The notes beneath the pieces were generated by a model. That model was not told where the DNA came from and did no database searches. It saw only the letters and a program-made list of their open reading frames with translations. Shown one piece after another: positions 1-12,351 of a stretch of DNA of 64,000 nt. The DNA is from an uncultured delta proteobacterium (GTDB taxonomy: Bacteria; Desulfobacterota; Syntrophia; Syntrophales; Smithellaceae). A program made the position numbers and the translations under genes. The stretch lies in NCBI GenBank assembly GCA_963753975.1, contig CAVWEH010000002.1:1-64000 (forward strand), in the 5' to 3' direction. Every line of letters begins with the position of its first letter. The stretch's first letter is position 1.

Positions 1-2590
<2,590 letters not shown>

Positions 2591-2762
2591 ATTAATTATA
2601 ATAATGAGACTCATATTTCATTAAGCTTAGCTTAATGAAATATGTAAGTCGAATTATCCTACATGCGAAGCCATGTGGGATTAATATGGTCTAATCATAA
2701 TTAACTATAACGCTCAATTTTCAACATAGCGATATGCATTGTCATGCAATTATATAGATAAT

Positions 2763-2878
<116 letters not shown>

Positions 2879-2880
2879 TT

Positions 2881-2922
2881 AATAACAAAACCCCTTTGAG
2901 TAATCAAAGGGGTTTTGTTATT
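2881..2922 (+). terminator. rRNA operon intrinsic terminator
   Basis: Perfect inverted repeat AATAACAAAACCCCTTTGA-GTAA-TCAAAGGGGTTTTGTTATT directly after 5S. Confidence 0.9.
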
Positions 2923-2923
2923 T

Positions 2924-3186
2924 GCGACCTCGTAAAAAGTCCATATGCTGCGTTGCGCTGCAGCTTTTAGTCACTGCGACCTACTCAAAAGTAGGCCTCA
3001 TTCCTAAAGCTTCGCGCGCCTTGCCTCTGGAACTTTTTCCAAGGCCGCCGAAGTTAGAATTTATTTGTAGTTGCCGCCGCGTTCCACTTTGCCTATCAAA
3101 GTTGCAATTAATTTAGCGAGCGCCTTGCCGGCGTTTACCCCATGCATACGGGGGAGCTTTTTGCAAGACCGCCGAAATTATAATTT
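2924..3186. repeat. MITE/REP-like palindromic element with a partial tandem second copy
   Basis: Imperfect terminal inverted repeats GCGACCTCGTAAAAAGTCC / GGAACTTTTTCCAAGGCCGC; internal hairpin CCTACT-CAAA-AGTAGG; the end block at about 3029-3062 is repeated at about 3153-3186. Confidence 0.65.
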
Positions 3187-3201
3187 AATTACTCGCCTTT
3201 A

Positions 3202-3315
3202 CTTCCTGTAATCCACAAACCAACAACATCTACTAAAATGCTGGACTTCAATCCGTTATCAATGAGGCTGTGTATTTTCATATTTTAAAAAAAGGAGATT
3301 GTGATAAACTAATAT
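3202..3315 (+). repeat. Cassette leader repeat, copy A (right half of junction plus about 110-nt conserved leader)
   Basis: CTTCCTGTAA followed 45 nt from its start by TTCAATCCGTTATCAATGAGGCTGTGTATT; same gap-free spacing at 4108 and 42355. Confidence 0.8.
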
Positions 3316-3334
3316 TTACATTTACGGGGTAATA

Positions 3335-4006
3335 ATGCGACCAAAAAAAGTTCAATACAATATTAATAAATTGCCTCGGATGGCTATTGCATCTTTCAAG
3401 AACGCAATACGTCTACACGAAGATGCCATTTTGTTATTCAAAAAAAACAGAATCCCATCTGCACTTCACACCACTATATTATCGATTGAAGAGCTTGGAA
3501 AATACGGCATTTATGAACATGTATGGTATCACAGCAGAGTCGATCCGTATTTACAGAGCATCGAAGAGCTTCAAAGAGATTTGCTTAGTTCCTATTCTCA
3601 TTCAAAAAAGCAAATGTGGTTCTTATCTGACTGGGATGAACCTTATTCCTCTAAACTTCTTTACCGAATACTTAAATATGGTGACCTTGAAAAAATCAAA
3701 CAACAGGCAACATATGTTGGAATCCCCAAAAAAGGGAAAAACATAGATTTCAAAAAGCGAATGACGTCTCCTTTTCGCGCATCAAAAAAGATGGCAGAGA
3801 AACTTATCACTTTAGTAAACGACTACATTATCGTTATGGCAATTGGTATTCGAAAAAGCTATTACGAGCTTGATATTGATGAGATAGATGACTGGCTGGC
3901 ACAAAAGGAAGTCGAGGACCATTTTGTTAACCTTTGGCCGATAATGCAACCTTCAGCCAAGAGATTCGTTGATGAAGCACGCAAACATGAAGATGCAAAA
4001 AGATAG
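3335..4006 (+). CDS. AbiV-family (HEPN) abortive infection-like protein
   Basis: NAIRLHEDAILLF...ILSIEELGK, H-SKKQ and KQQATYVG motifs typical of AbiV/HEPN_AbiV proteins. Confidence 0.75.
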   Translation: MRPKKVQYNINKLPRMAIASFKNAIRLHEDAILLFKKNRIPSALHTTILSIEELGKYGIYEHVWYHSRVDPYLQSIEELQRDLLSSYSHSKKQMWFLSDWDEPYSSKLLYRILKYGDLEKIKQQATYVGIPKKGKNIDFKKRMTSPFRASKKMAEKLITLVNDYIIVMAIGIRKSYYELDIDEIDDWLAQKEVEDHFVNLWPIMQPSAKRFVDEARKHEDAKR

Positions 4007-4082
4007 TGCGAACCATCACTTCAAGTATAACGTCATTCAATCAGTAATCTTTGGCTTATTTATTCTTGTTGCCGTCGGAAAC

Positions 4083-4226
4083 TTGTAGGTGTTTTCAGCA
4101 AGCACTTCTTCCTGTAATCAGTAAAATATTAATTTCTCTGAAAATACAAGATTTCAATCCATTATTATTGAGGCTGTGTATTTATCTCTTTTAAAAATAA
4201 TAAATATTGCTATTATAATATTAAAT
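4083..4226 (+). repeat. Full 37-bp junction (4083-4119) plus leader repeat, copy B
   Basis: TTGTAGGTGTTTTCAGCAAGCACTTCTTCCTGTAATC is identical to 43223-43259; the downstream leader is homologous to copies A and C. Confidence 0.9.
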
Positions 4227-4280
4227 TCTATAGAGGGAAAATGAACTTCGGATATTGATTGTTGAAAGGAGAACAGTGAA

Positions 4281-5549
4281 ATGAAATCAATAAAACCTAT
4301 CATTTGCTTTGTTGCGCTTTTGGTGCTTCCAAGTGTAAGTTGGGGAACTGATTACACAGGTATTTGGAAGGGTGATTGTTCAGATTTTTTTGGAGTGCAA
4401 ATCAAACCCGCTGAGAATCAACTGTATTCCGTATCTTTTTGTGCGCTCCATGGTTGCGACAAGCCCGGAAATTGGACACCGAATACACGCATTGAAGGAG
4501 ACCCGAAATATAAAGTTATTTCTCCTAGTGAACTTGGAATAAAACGCGAAGATGAAGGGTACTTCTTCTACAAAAAATGCACGAGTGACCCCGCATGGAT
4601 TGTTGCTGAGCCTAAAAGAACCCCGCCTGTGCCATGCTACACAATCGGCAAGACGCACTCGACCGGATTAAAAGACACAACCTTGATAGCGCTACTAGTA
4701 GTTAAGGAAGATTTACTTAAAAACAAAATACATGATGAGATTTTACTCATCGGCAAATATTCCCACGGCAAGTATGATGTTGTTAGTCGATGGGATGATA
4801 ATAAAAAAGTGGAAATATCTGAAAGAAAAGATTTGCTTCAAGCTCACAACAAATACATCGTGTATCAAAATGGAAAATCTATCAAGGAATCAGTTATTAA
4901 TAAAATATGTAAGGCTGGGTATGAATGCAGTGCTATTGACATTGGCTGCGGTCAAACCACATCATTGACGACAACAACAAAGAAAGTGAAAGGAAGGCTA
5001 GAGAAAGAATATCAGGGTTTCAACAATGGGATAGATTTCAAGGAGAGGACATCTGCATTTGTTGCGCTTAACAGCGATGCTCCAGCTGCTAAAAAGCAGA
5101 AAGCGTCTATCATGATAGAGGAGACACCTCAGGCCGTCATTGTGAAGATTTCAGAATATGTTAAAAAGGTAATTTTAAAAGATCAGCCTAATTTAAATGC
5201 ACGAGACGTTAAAATAAGCCAATTGCTCGCTTTTAAACTGACAAGAGATGACTCAGTCCAGTATGTTGTTGAAGCAAAAGCAGAAAACGAAAAAATTAAG
5301 GTATCTGGAATTTACATTCTTCAGTTAATCAAAACTAATATTAAGGAACTGTTCTCAGTAAAAGAGAGCAATGACCCAGAAAGTTGGGGCAATGGTTATA
5401 GTTTCCTGGATGCTTTGGATATTGATGGTGACGGAATACCAGAGTTAATATTTGAAGTTCGTGGGTATGAATCGACAGGATACCGAATATATCATTTAGA
5501 AAAAGATGGCTACAAGCAAGTATTCGATGACGTGATATCAGGTTGCTAA
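4281..5549 (+). CDS. Secreted hypothetical protein, Cys-rich N-terminal module, C-terminal FG-GAP-like Ca-binding motif
   Basis: 422 aa ORF, RBS AAAGGAG, signal peptide, DIDGDGIPELI motif. Confidence 0.7.
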   Translation: MKSIKPIICFVALLVLPSVSWGTDYTGIWKGDCSDFFGVQIKPAENQLYSVSFCALHGCDKPGNWTPNTRIEGDPKYKVISPSELGIKREDEGYFFYKKCTSDPAWIVAEPKRTPPVPCYTIGKTHSTGLKDTTLIALLVVKEDLLKNKIHDEILLIGKYSHGKYDVVSRWDDNKKVEISERKDLLQAHNKYIVYQNGKSIKESVINKICKAGYECSAIDIGCGQTTSLTTTTKKVKGRLEKEYQGFNNGIDFKERTSAFVALNSDAPAAKKQKASIMIEETPQAVIVKISEYVKKVILKDQPNLNARDVKISQLLAFKLTRDDSVQYVVEAKAENEKIKVSGIYILQLIKTNIKELFSVKESNDPESWGNGYSFLDALDIDGDGIPELIFEVRGYESTGYRIYHLEKDGYKQVFDDVISGC

Positions 5550-5643
5550 GATTGGGCTCTAATTGTTGCTAGTCTAATATTTTTCTGTCATCATTTGATA
5601 GAGTGTGTAGATCACCCATTTCAAACACAAATCATTAAAATAC

Positions 5644-5671
5644 TTATTTACCATATTTGTTTCTTTGTAGG
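5644..5671 (+). repeat. Left half of junction closing islet 1
   Basis: TTATTTACCATATTTGTTTCTTTGTAGG matches 43202-43229 at 23/28 positions and ends in TTGTAGG. Confidence 0.6.
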
Positions 5672-5778
5672 CGAAATAAATAACTGATACAGGACTTAGT
5701 GGGCACTCTTGCTTGTTGTTTGGTGCAATATTGACGTTTTGGGGAGCAGTTAGAAAAAGTAAATAATAGGGATAATAT

Positions 5779-6666
5779 ATGGGAAAGCTTATGTTTTATA
5801 TCGTGGATGTTTTTGCGGAACAAAAATATGCCGGAAATCAATTGGCTGTGTTTCGCGGCGGGGCGAAGCTTTCGCCAGAGCAAATGCAATCGCTTGCCCG
5901 CGAGATGCATTTTTCAGAAACGACCTTCATTACATCGGAAGAAAAGCACGAGGGCGGTTATGATGTCCGTATTTTTACACCAGAATCAGAAGTTCCCTTC
6001 GCCGGTCATCCCACTTTGGGGACTGCCCATATCATTCGCAGTGAAATAGCAACTGATGCTCCAAGAGAAGTAGTATTAAATTTAAAAGTTGGGCCAATAC
6101 CGGTTACATTCAAACAAGAGAAAAACGGCACTATAGGTTGGATGAAACAGATCAATCCTGAATTCGGGAAAAATATTGATGCTAACCTCATTGCTGACGT
6201 ATTGAGACTTAGACGATCGGAGATAGATGAACTCTTTCCGGTTGAAGAAGTATCAACAGGGTTGCCGCATATCATCGTTCCTCTAAAAACACTGCTTTCA
6301 TTAAAAAGAGCTCATGTGAACAAAGAAAAATATTTTAATCTCATCAAAAATACGTGGGCGAAACCAATTTTGATTTTTTGTCCTGAATCACATCAGGGAT
6401 TGGATAATATCAGCGTGCGCATGTTTGCCGATTGTTATGGAATACCCGAGGATCCCGCCACAGGCAGCGGCAATGGTTGTCTTGCCGCTTATTTGGTGAA
6501 ACATCGTTACTGGGGGAAAAATGAAATTGATATTCGCTCGGAACAAGGTTATGAAATTAATCGTCCTTCTCTTTTATATTTAAAAGCTCAAGAAATTAAT
6601 GGTAAAATCGATGTGCATGTCGGCGGTAAATCAATCACTATTGCTAAGGGCGAATTTTTACCATAA
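5779..6666 (+). CDS. PhzF family isomerase
   Basis: VDVFAE..YAGNQLAV, FSETTF, EVPFAGHPTLG and EDPATGSGNG motifs. Confidence 0.93.
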   Translation: MGKLMFYIVDVFAEQKYAGNQLAVFRGGAKLSPEQMQSLAREMHFSETTFITSEEKHEGGYDVRIFTPESEVPFAGHPTLGTAHIIRSEIATDAPREVVLNLKVGPIPVTFKQEKNGTIGWMKQINPEFGKNIDANLIADVLRLRRSEIDELFPVEEVSTGLPHIIVPLKTLLSLKRAHVNKEKYFNLIKNTWAKPILIFCPESHQGLDNISVRMFADCYGIPEDPATGSGNGCLAAYLVKHRYWGKNEIDIRSEQGYEINRPSLLYLKAQEINGKIDVHVGGKSITIAKGEFLP

Positions 6667-6844
6667 TATTAAGAGTAATTTTCGTTAAAATTTTTCCTTG
6701 GTATAGTAATTAAAAAATGTTATTGACTGCCGGTAATTATAATCAAGGACTATCTTGATTTAAAAAATCATTTTAAAATAAAGCAATTAATTTATTAAGA
6801 AAAAACCGTACCTACGGAAAAATAATAGAAGAAAGGAATTTGTT

Positions 6845-8026
6845 ATGAGAGAAGTTGTAATTGTTAGCGGTGTCAGAACAGCAATTGGAGATTATATGGG
6901 GTCGCTTTCGAGCCTGACTCCTGTACAGTTAGGCGTGACGGTTTTAAAGGCGGCCATCGCTAAGGCCGGTATTGACAAAAACCTGGTTCAGGAAGTGATT
7001 GCCGGTCAGTGCAACCAGGCCGGCGCGCCGGGAAACAGCGCCCGTCACATTGCTATGGGTGCGGAACTGCCGGTCGAGTCCTTCGCTTTTACGGTTCACC
7101 AGCAGTGTCCCTCTTCCATGCGCGCCTCCGAATTACTTTCACAGGAAATTATGCTGGGCAAAATTGACATCGGCGCAGTGGTCGGCATTGAAAGCATGAG
7201 CAACGCCCCCTATCTGCTCTTCGGCGCCCGCAAGGGTTATCGTCTGGCTGATGGTGAAAAGATTCAGGACAGTTTGATGATCGGCGGTCTGGTCGATGCG
7301 CTCTTGGGCTATCACATGGGTATCACGGCGGACAATATTGCCGACCAGTACAAAATTTCCCGCCAGGAGCAGGATGAATGGGCTCTGATGAGCCATCAGA
7401 GAGCCTGCGCCGCCATTAAAAAGGGCTGGTTCAAAGATGAGATCGTTCCGGTGGAAGTCAAAACTAAAAAAGGCCCGGCTATAATCGATAGGGATGAACA
7501 TCCCAGAGAAGACACCAACATGGAAGCCCTGGGCAAACTGAAACCCGCTTTCAAAAAAGATGGTACCGTTACCGCCGGCAACGCTTCCGGCCTGAACGAC
7601 GCGGGTTCCTGTATGATCATGATGGCTGCCGACACAGCCAAGAAAATGGGTATTAAACCCATCGCCAGAGTAGTTGCTTCCGCCCCCGGCTCCGTTGAGC
7701 CCCGCATCATGGGTATGGGCGTTGTTCCGGCTGTACGAAATGCCCTAAAATTCGCCAATATGAAGCAGGAGCAGATTGATTATTTTGAATTCAATGAAGC
7801 TTTTGCCGCTCAGATCATTGGCTGCAACCGTGAGTTGAAGATTAGTCTGGACAAAATCAATGCCGTCGGTTCCGGCATCAGCATGGGCCATCCGGTCGGC
7901 GCAACCGGCGCCAGGTTGATCATCACCATGATTAATGAAATGAAGCGGCGCGGCGTAAAATATGGTTGTGCTTCTCTTTGCGCCAGCGGTGGTCCCGGTC
8001 ACGCGTTTATCGTTGAATCCATTTAG
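6845..8026 (+). CDS. Acetyl-CoA C-acyltransferase (thiolase)
   Basis: VRTAIG, catalytic Cys in QCPSS, TAGNASGLNDAG, NEAFAAQ, GHPVGATGA, C-terminal CASGGPG. Confidence 0.96.
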   Translation: MREVVIVSGVRTAIGDYMGSLSSLTPVQLGVTVLKAAIAKAGIDKNLVQEVIAGQCNQAGAPGNSARHIAMGAELPVESFAFTVHQQCPSSMRASELLSQEIMLGKIDIGAVVGIESMSNAPYLLFGARKGYRLADGEKIQDSLMIGGLVDALLGYHMGITADNIADQYKISRQEQDEWALMSHQRACAAIKKGWFKDEIVPVEVKTKKGPAIIDRDEHPREDTNMEALGKLKPAFKKDGTVTAGNASGLNDAGSCMIMMAADTAKKMGIKPIARVVASAPGSVEPRIMGMGVVPAVRNALKFANMKQEQIDYFEFNEAFAAQIIGCNRELKISLDKINAVGSGISMGHPVGATGARLIITMINEMKRRGVKYGCASLCASGGPGHAFIVESI

Positions 8027-8040
8027 GTTATAAATTGAAA

Positions 8041-8078
8041 AATCCATCCCCGCAGCTTTATGCCGCGGGGAGGGATAT
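8041..8078. terminator. Hairpin between convergent thiolase and yjbQ (probable bidirectional terminator)
   Basis: ATCC-ATCCCCGCAGC-TTTAT-GCCGCGGGGA-GGGAT. Confidence 0.55.
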
Positions 8079-8079
8079 A

Positions 8080-8499
8080 TTACTCGCCGATTATCTTGAC
8101 CAAAACTCTTTTCTTTCTTTTGCCGTCAAATTCTCCGTAAAAAATTTGTTCCCAGGGACCAAAATCAAGCTTGCCTTTGGTAACAGCTGCCACCACTTCC
8201 CGCCCCATTATTTGCCTTTTTAAATGCGCATCACCGTTTTCTTCGCCAGTTCTATTATGGAGGTAGCGGGAGATAGGTTCATGGGGAGCAATTTCCTCGA
8301 GCCAGCGGTCATAATCATGATGCAGGCCGGATTCATCATCGTTAATGAATACGGATGCCGTAATGTGCATGGCGTTTACCAGTACCAACCCTTCCTGAAT
8401 GGCACTTTTTTTTATGCTCTCTTCCACTTTTGTCGTTATGTTGACAAAGCCTCTGCGGCCGGGAACATTAAACCAGTACTCTTCGCGATAAGATTTCAT
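8080..8499 (-). CDS. yjbQ: YjbQ/UPF0047 family protein (secondary thiamine-phosphate synthase)
   Basis: [42 protein letters not shown]. Confidence 0.92.
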   Translation of the reverse strand: MKSYREEYWFNVPGRRGFVNITTKVEESIKKSAIQEGLVLVNAMHITASVFINDDESGLHHDYDRWLEEIAPHEPISRYLHNRTGEENGDAHLKRQIMGREVVAAVTKGKLDFGPWEQIFYGEFDGKRKKRVLVKIIGE

Positions 8500-8671
8500 G
8501 ATTTAATTCCTTTTTTTCTTCGACCATACCCAATCAAAATTTGATTGTCAAAATAAAAAGAGAAAAAGGAACGTCTTCGCCCGGTTAAAAGTTGTAAATA
8601 ACTTTACAAGCTTATTGCCTTGTGTTATTAGGCAAAAAAAATTATAGTTATAACGTTTCAGGAGAAAGAAT

Positions 8672-9421
8672 ATGTCCGGCCATTCCAAATGGAGTACGAT
8701 CAAGAGGAAAAAGGGGGCTATTGACGCCAAGCGCGGGAAGATATTTACGAAAATTATCAAAGAAATAACCTTAGCGGCAAGACTTGGTGGCGGCGATATT
8801 GAAGGTAACGCGCGTCTCAGACAAGCGGTTCTGGCGGCTAAGGAAGAAAACATGCCTAAAGATAATATCGAAAGGGCGATTAAAAAGGGAATCGGCGGCG
8901 GTGAAGGTGCGGCCAATTATGAAGAAGTGACTTATGAAGGTTACGGTCCCAGTGGAGTGGCGGTTCTCGTTGAAGTCATGACGGACAACAAAAATAGAAC
9001 TGTGGCGGAAATTAGGCATATCTTTTCCAAGCATGGCGGAAATCTTGGCGAAAACGGATGTGTAGCCTGGATGTTTGCTAAAAAAGGCAGTATTGTTATT
9101 GATCAGAAGGCAATTGATGAAGACACCTTGATGGAGCTTGCTTTGGATGCAGGGGCTGAAGACGTCAAGAGCGAAGATGACGAATATGAGGTAATTACAG
9201 CTGCTGCCTCCTTCGAAGCGGTAAAAAAAGCTATTGACGATAAAGGCATAAAACATCTGGAAGCACGTATCGGAATGATTCCTTCCACAACAGTGAAATT
9301 GGAGGCAAATAAAGCGGAACAAATGTTGAAAATGATGGAAAAGCTTGAGGATAATGACGATGTACAAAATGTCTATGCCAATTTCGATATTGATAAAGAT
9401 GTGATGGAAAAATTAAGCTAA
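8672..9421 (+). CDS. yebC: YebC/PmpR family protein
   Basis: [33 protein letters not shown]; directly upstream of ruvC. Confidence 0.97.
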   Translation: MSGHSKWSTIKRKKGAIDAKRGKIFTKIIKEITLAARLGGGDIEGNARLRQAVLAAKEENMPKDNIERAIKKGIGGGEGAANYEEVTYEGYGPSGVAVLVEVMTDNKNRTVAEIRHIFSKHGGNLGENGCVAWMFAKKGSIVIDQKAIDEDTLMELALDAGAEDVKSEDDEYEVITAAASFEAVKKAIDDKGIKHLEARIGMIPSTTVKLEANKAEQMLKMMEKLEDNDDVQNVYANFDIDKDVMEKLS

Positions 9422-9451
9422 AATTCAAACCATTCTTATACGGAATAAAAA

Positions 9452-9931
9452 GTGAGAATTTTAGGAATTGACCCCGGCAGCCATGTTACCGGTTACGGCG
9501 TTATTGAAAAAGACGGCAATTATTTGCGGCATATAATTCATGGCGAGGTCAAACCGCAAAAAGATTCAACCTTATCGGCGATATTAATTTCCATCCACCG
9601 GCAGATATCTCAAATCATTGCCCAGACGGCTCCTCAAGCTATTGCACTGGAGAATATTTTTTACGGGAAAAATGTACGCAGTTTGATTAAGCAGGCGCAA
9701 GTAAGGGGCGTCGTTATATTTGCCGGCGCAGACAAAGGCATATTAATTTTTGAATATGCGCCTTTGGAAGTGAAAAAAGCCGTGGTCGGTTATGGACGTG
9801 CCGAAAAAAGACAAGTACAGTCAATGGTTAAAGCGATTTTAAAACTTCCTGTTTTGCCTCCGGCGGATGCTGCCGACGCTCTGGCGGCGGCAATCTGTCA
9901 TGCTAACTTCTTAAAGGAGCAAACAATCTGA
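9452..9931 (+). CDS. ruvC: Holliday junction resolvase RuvC
   Basis: ILGIDPGS, VKKAVVGYGRAEK, DAADALAAAICH. Confidence 0.97.
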   Translation: MRILGIDPGSHVTGYGVIEKDGNYLRHIIHGEVKPQKDSTLSAILISIHRQISQIIAQTAPQAIALENIFYGKNVRSLIKQAQVRGVVIFAGADKGILIFEYAPLEVKKAVVGYGRAEKRQVQSMVKAILKLPVLPPADAADALAAAICHANFLKEQTI

Positions 9932-10539
9932 TGATTGCCTTGATCAGCGGAAAAATTGTTTATAAGGGCATTTCCCATGTCGTTATCGATGCCCATGGTG
10001 TTGGTTATCGTGTTTTTATTCCTTTGACGACTTTTTATGAACTGCCTGAAGCGGGACAAATCATAACATTGCATATTCATACCCATGTCAAGCAGGATGC
10101 CATCAATTTATTTGGTTTTTACACTGTTCAAGAACGGGATCTTTTCCAATTAATGCTCTCCGTTAACGGCATTGGACCAAAGATGTCCATGAATATTCTT
10201 TCCGGTATTTCGGTGCAGGAAATGTTACGCGCCATATCCGGCGGAGATGTAAGGAAACTGATCAGTATCCCCGGGTTAGGTAAGAAGTTGGCTGAACGCT
10301 TGATTCTGGAGTTAAAGGAAAAAATTGTAAAGAAAATGATGGCCGAAGAGGTGCCGGCGATGGACGGTCAGCAAAAAATAAATGAAATTATCAGGGAAGA
10401 TGTTCTTTCTGCCTTGATCAATTTAGGGTATAAAAGTAATGTCGCTCAGGATGCGTTAAACAAAGTATTATACACATCGGCACAGGAGTTGGCGATGGAT
10501 CAACTCTTGAAAAAGACGTTAAAAAGTCTTTCCGGTTAG
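9931..10539 (+). CDS. ruvA: Holliday junction branch migration protein RuvA
   Basis: GVGYRV, LFGF, VNGIGPK, IPGLGKKLAERLILELK, ALINLGY. Confidence 0.97.
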   Translation: MIALISGKIVYKGISHVVIDAHGVGYRVFIPLTTFYELPEAGQIITLHIHTHVKQDAINLFGFYTVQERDLFQLMLSVNGIGPKMSMNILSGISVQEMLRAISGGDVRKLISIPGLGKKLAERLILELKEKIVKKMMAEEVPAMDGQQKINEIIREDVLSALINLGYKSNVAQDALNKVLYTSAQELAMDQLLKKTLKSLSG

Positions 10540-10564
10540 AACGAATCAATAGAAGTGTAATATT

Positions 10565-11594
10565 ATGGATACTCCTATAAAAAATCCTTTAGTCAATCCC
10601 GGCTGCAACGAAGATGAATATAGATTCGATGCTAATTTGCGTCCGATAAAATTAAATGATTATGTAGGGCAGGAAAAAATCAAGAGTAACTTAAAAATAT
10701 TTATTGAGGCGGCGAAAAAACGTCGTGAGGCGCTTGATCATGTTCTTTTGCATGGTCCGCCGGGCTTAGGAAAAACTACTTTGGCTTATATTATTGCCAA
10801 GGAAATGGGTGTGGAAATCAAAGTCACTTCCGGACCGGTTATTGAAAGGCCGGGAGATTTGGCGGCGATTTTGACCAATATGCAAGAACAGGAAGTTCTT
10901 TTTATTGACGAAATCCACAGGCTTTCGCATGTAGTTGAAGAAATATTATATCCGGCCATGGAAGATTTCCATATTGATATTTTAATCGGACAGGGTCCGT
11001 CGGCAAGATCAATGAAACTGGATATACCTAAATTTACTTTGGTCGGTGCAACGACTCGTGCCGGACTTTTGACTTCTCCCTTACGCGACCGTTTCGGCAT
11101 GCATTTTCGCTCTGGAGTTTTATTCGCCGCAGGAACTGGCCGTAATTATAAAGAGATCCGCCTCAATCTTGGGAATAAAACTTGCGTCGGCGGGTGCAGA
11201 AGAATTGGCCAAACGCGCGCGCGGAACACCGCGCATTGCCAATCGATTGCTCAAGCGTGTGCGGGATTATGCTGAAGTAAAATCAGATGGAACAATTGAT
11301 GCAAAAATAGCGCATAGAGCACTGGATGCTTTTGAAGTTGACCAGAAGGGATTTGATCAAATGGACAGGAAACTACTCTTGACTTTGATTGAAAAATTCA
11401 ACGGAGGACCTGTAGGGGTGGAGAGCCTCTCTGCGGCGATGGGCGAGGAGAAGACGACGATTGAAGATGTATATGAGCCGTATTTGATTCAGGAAGGTTA
11501 TGTACAAAGAACGGCAAGAGGGCGGATCGCCTCCGCCAAGGCCTATGAACATTTTGGTCTAAAAGTTTCCAACGGCCAGAAAGAGTTTTTTTAA
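10565..11594 (+). pseudogene. ruvB: RuvB helicase split by a 1-nt insertion near 11111 (real frameshift or assembly error)
   Basis: [11 protein letters not shown] and FIDEIHRL in 10565-11275; [16 protein letters not shown] in 11169-11594; removing one base in CGC-T-CTGGAGTTTTAT restores RLEFY. Confidence 0.9.
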
Positions 11595-11631
11595 GCTAAA
11601 GCGGTTTTTTTGTCAAGGCAAAGTACCCACC

Positions 11632-12159
11632 ATGAAACTATTAATGCATATCTGTTGCGGACCATGTACAATTTACCCACTAAAAGAATTACGGACCCAG
11701 GGACATGAAGTGGTGGGTGTTTTTTATAATCCCAATATTCATCCTTACGAGGAATATCGAAAGCGCCGCCGGACTCTAAATGATTATGCAGCCATGGCAT
11801 TTTTGAATGTTATTTGGTCAGAAGGATATCCCATGGAAGAATTTATAAGGAACATTGCTTTTAAAGAAAAGGAAAGGTGCGCCTACTGCCTCACGGATCG
11901 CCTAAAATATACAGCCGAATTGGCAATCCAGGAAAAATATGATGGATTTACAACGACTCTCCTCTACAGTAAATATCAAAAGCATGACCTGATTCGGGAA
12001 ATTGGAGAAAATTTAAGCAAGGAATTGCGAATAATTTTTTACTATCAGGATTTCCGCGTCGGCTGGCCGGAAGGCGTAAAAATTTCCAAAGAATTGGGAT
12101 TGTATCGTCAATCGTATTGCGGCTGTATTTACAGCGAAAAGGAGCGATTTTATAAATAA
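11632..12159 (+). CDS. queH: Epoxyqueuosine reductase QueH (DUF208)
   Basis: LLMHICCGPC, FYNPNIHPYEEY, RCAYC, YRQSYCGCIYS. Confidence 0.93.
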   Translation: MKLLMHICCGPCTIYPLKELRTQGHEVVGVFYNPNIHPYEEYRKRRRTLNDYAAMAFLNVIWSEGYPMEEFIRNIAFKEKERCAYCLTDRLKYTAELAIQEKYDGFTTTLLYSKYQKHDLIREIGENLSKELRIIFYYQDFRVGWPEGVKISKELGLYRQSYCGCIYSEKERFYK

Positions 12160-12300
12160 ATTATAGCAGTTAGATTTATTTCACAATTTACTGTGGCTTT
12201 TTGGACACACAAAGATAATCTAAGTCGATTCACTATTGCGTCATTAAAGAAAATAATAATTATTACAATGACTTAAATTCAACAAGTAGATACGATAAGA

Positions 12301-12316
12301 TGGTATAATACTTGCT
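12301..12316 (+). promoter_or_regulatory. sigma54 (-24/-12) promoter of lpxC
   Basis: TGGTATAATACTTGCT fits TGGYAY-N5-TTGCW; TGT-N10-ACA element at 12192-12207 upstream. Confidence 0.7.
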
Positions 12317-12351
12317 TATCATATTCATATATTCATTCGAGTAAAAACCCT

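Noticed and set aside
3202..5671. Classical integron attC array
   Set aside because: No RYYYAAC...GTTRRRY cores at the gene boundaries and no intI in the window
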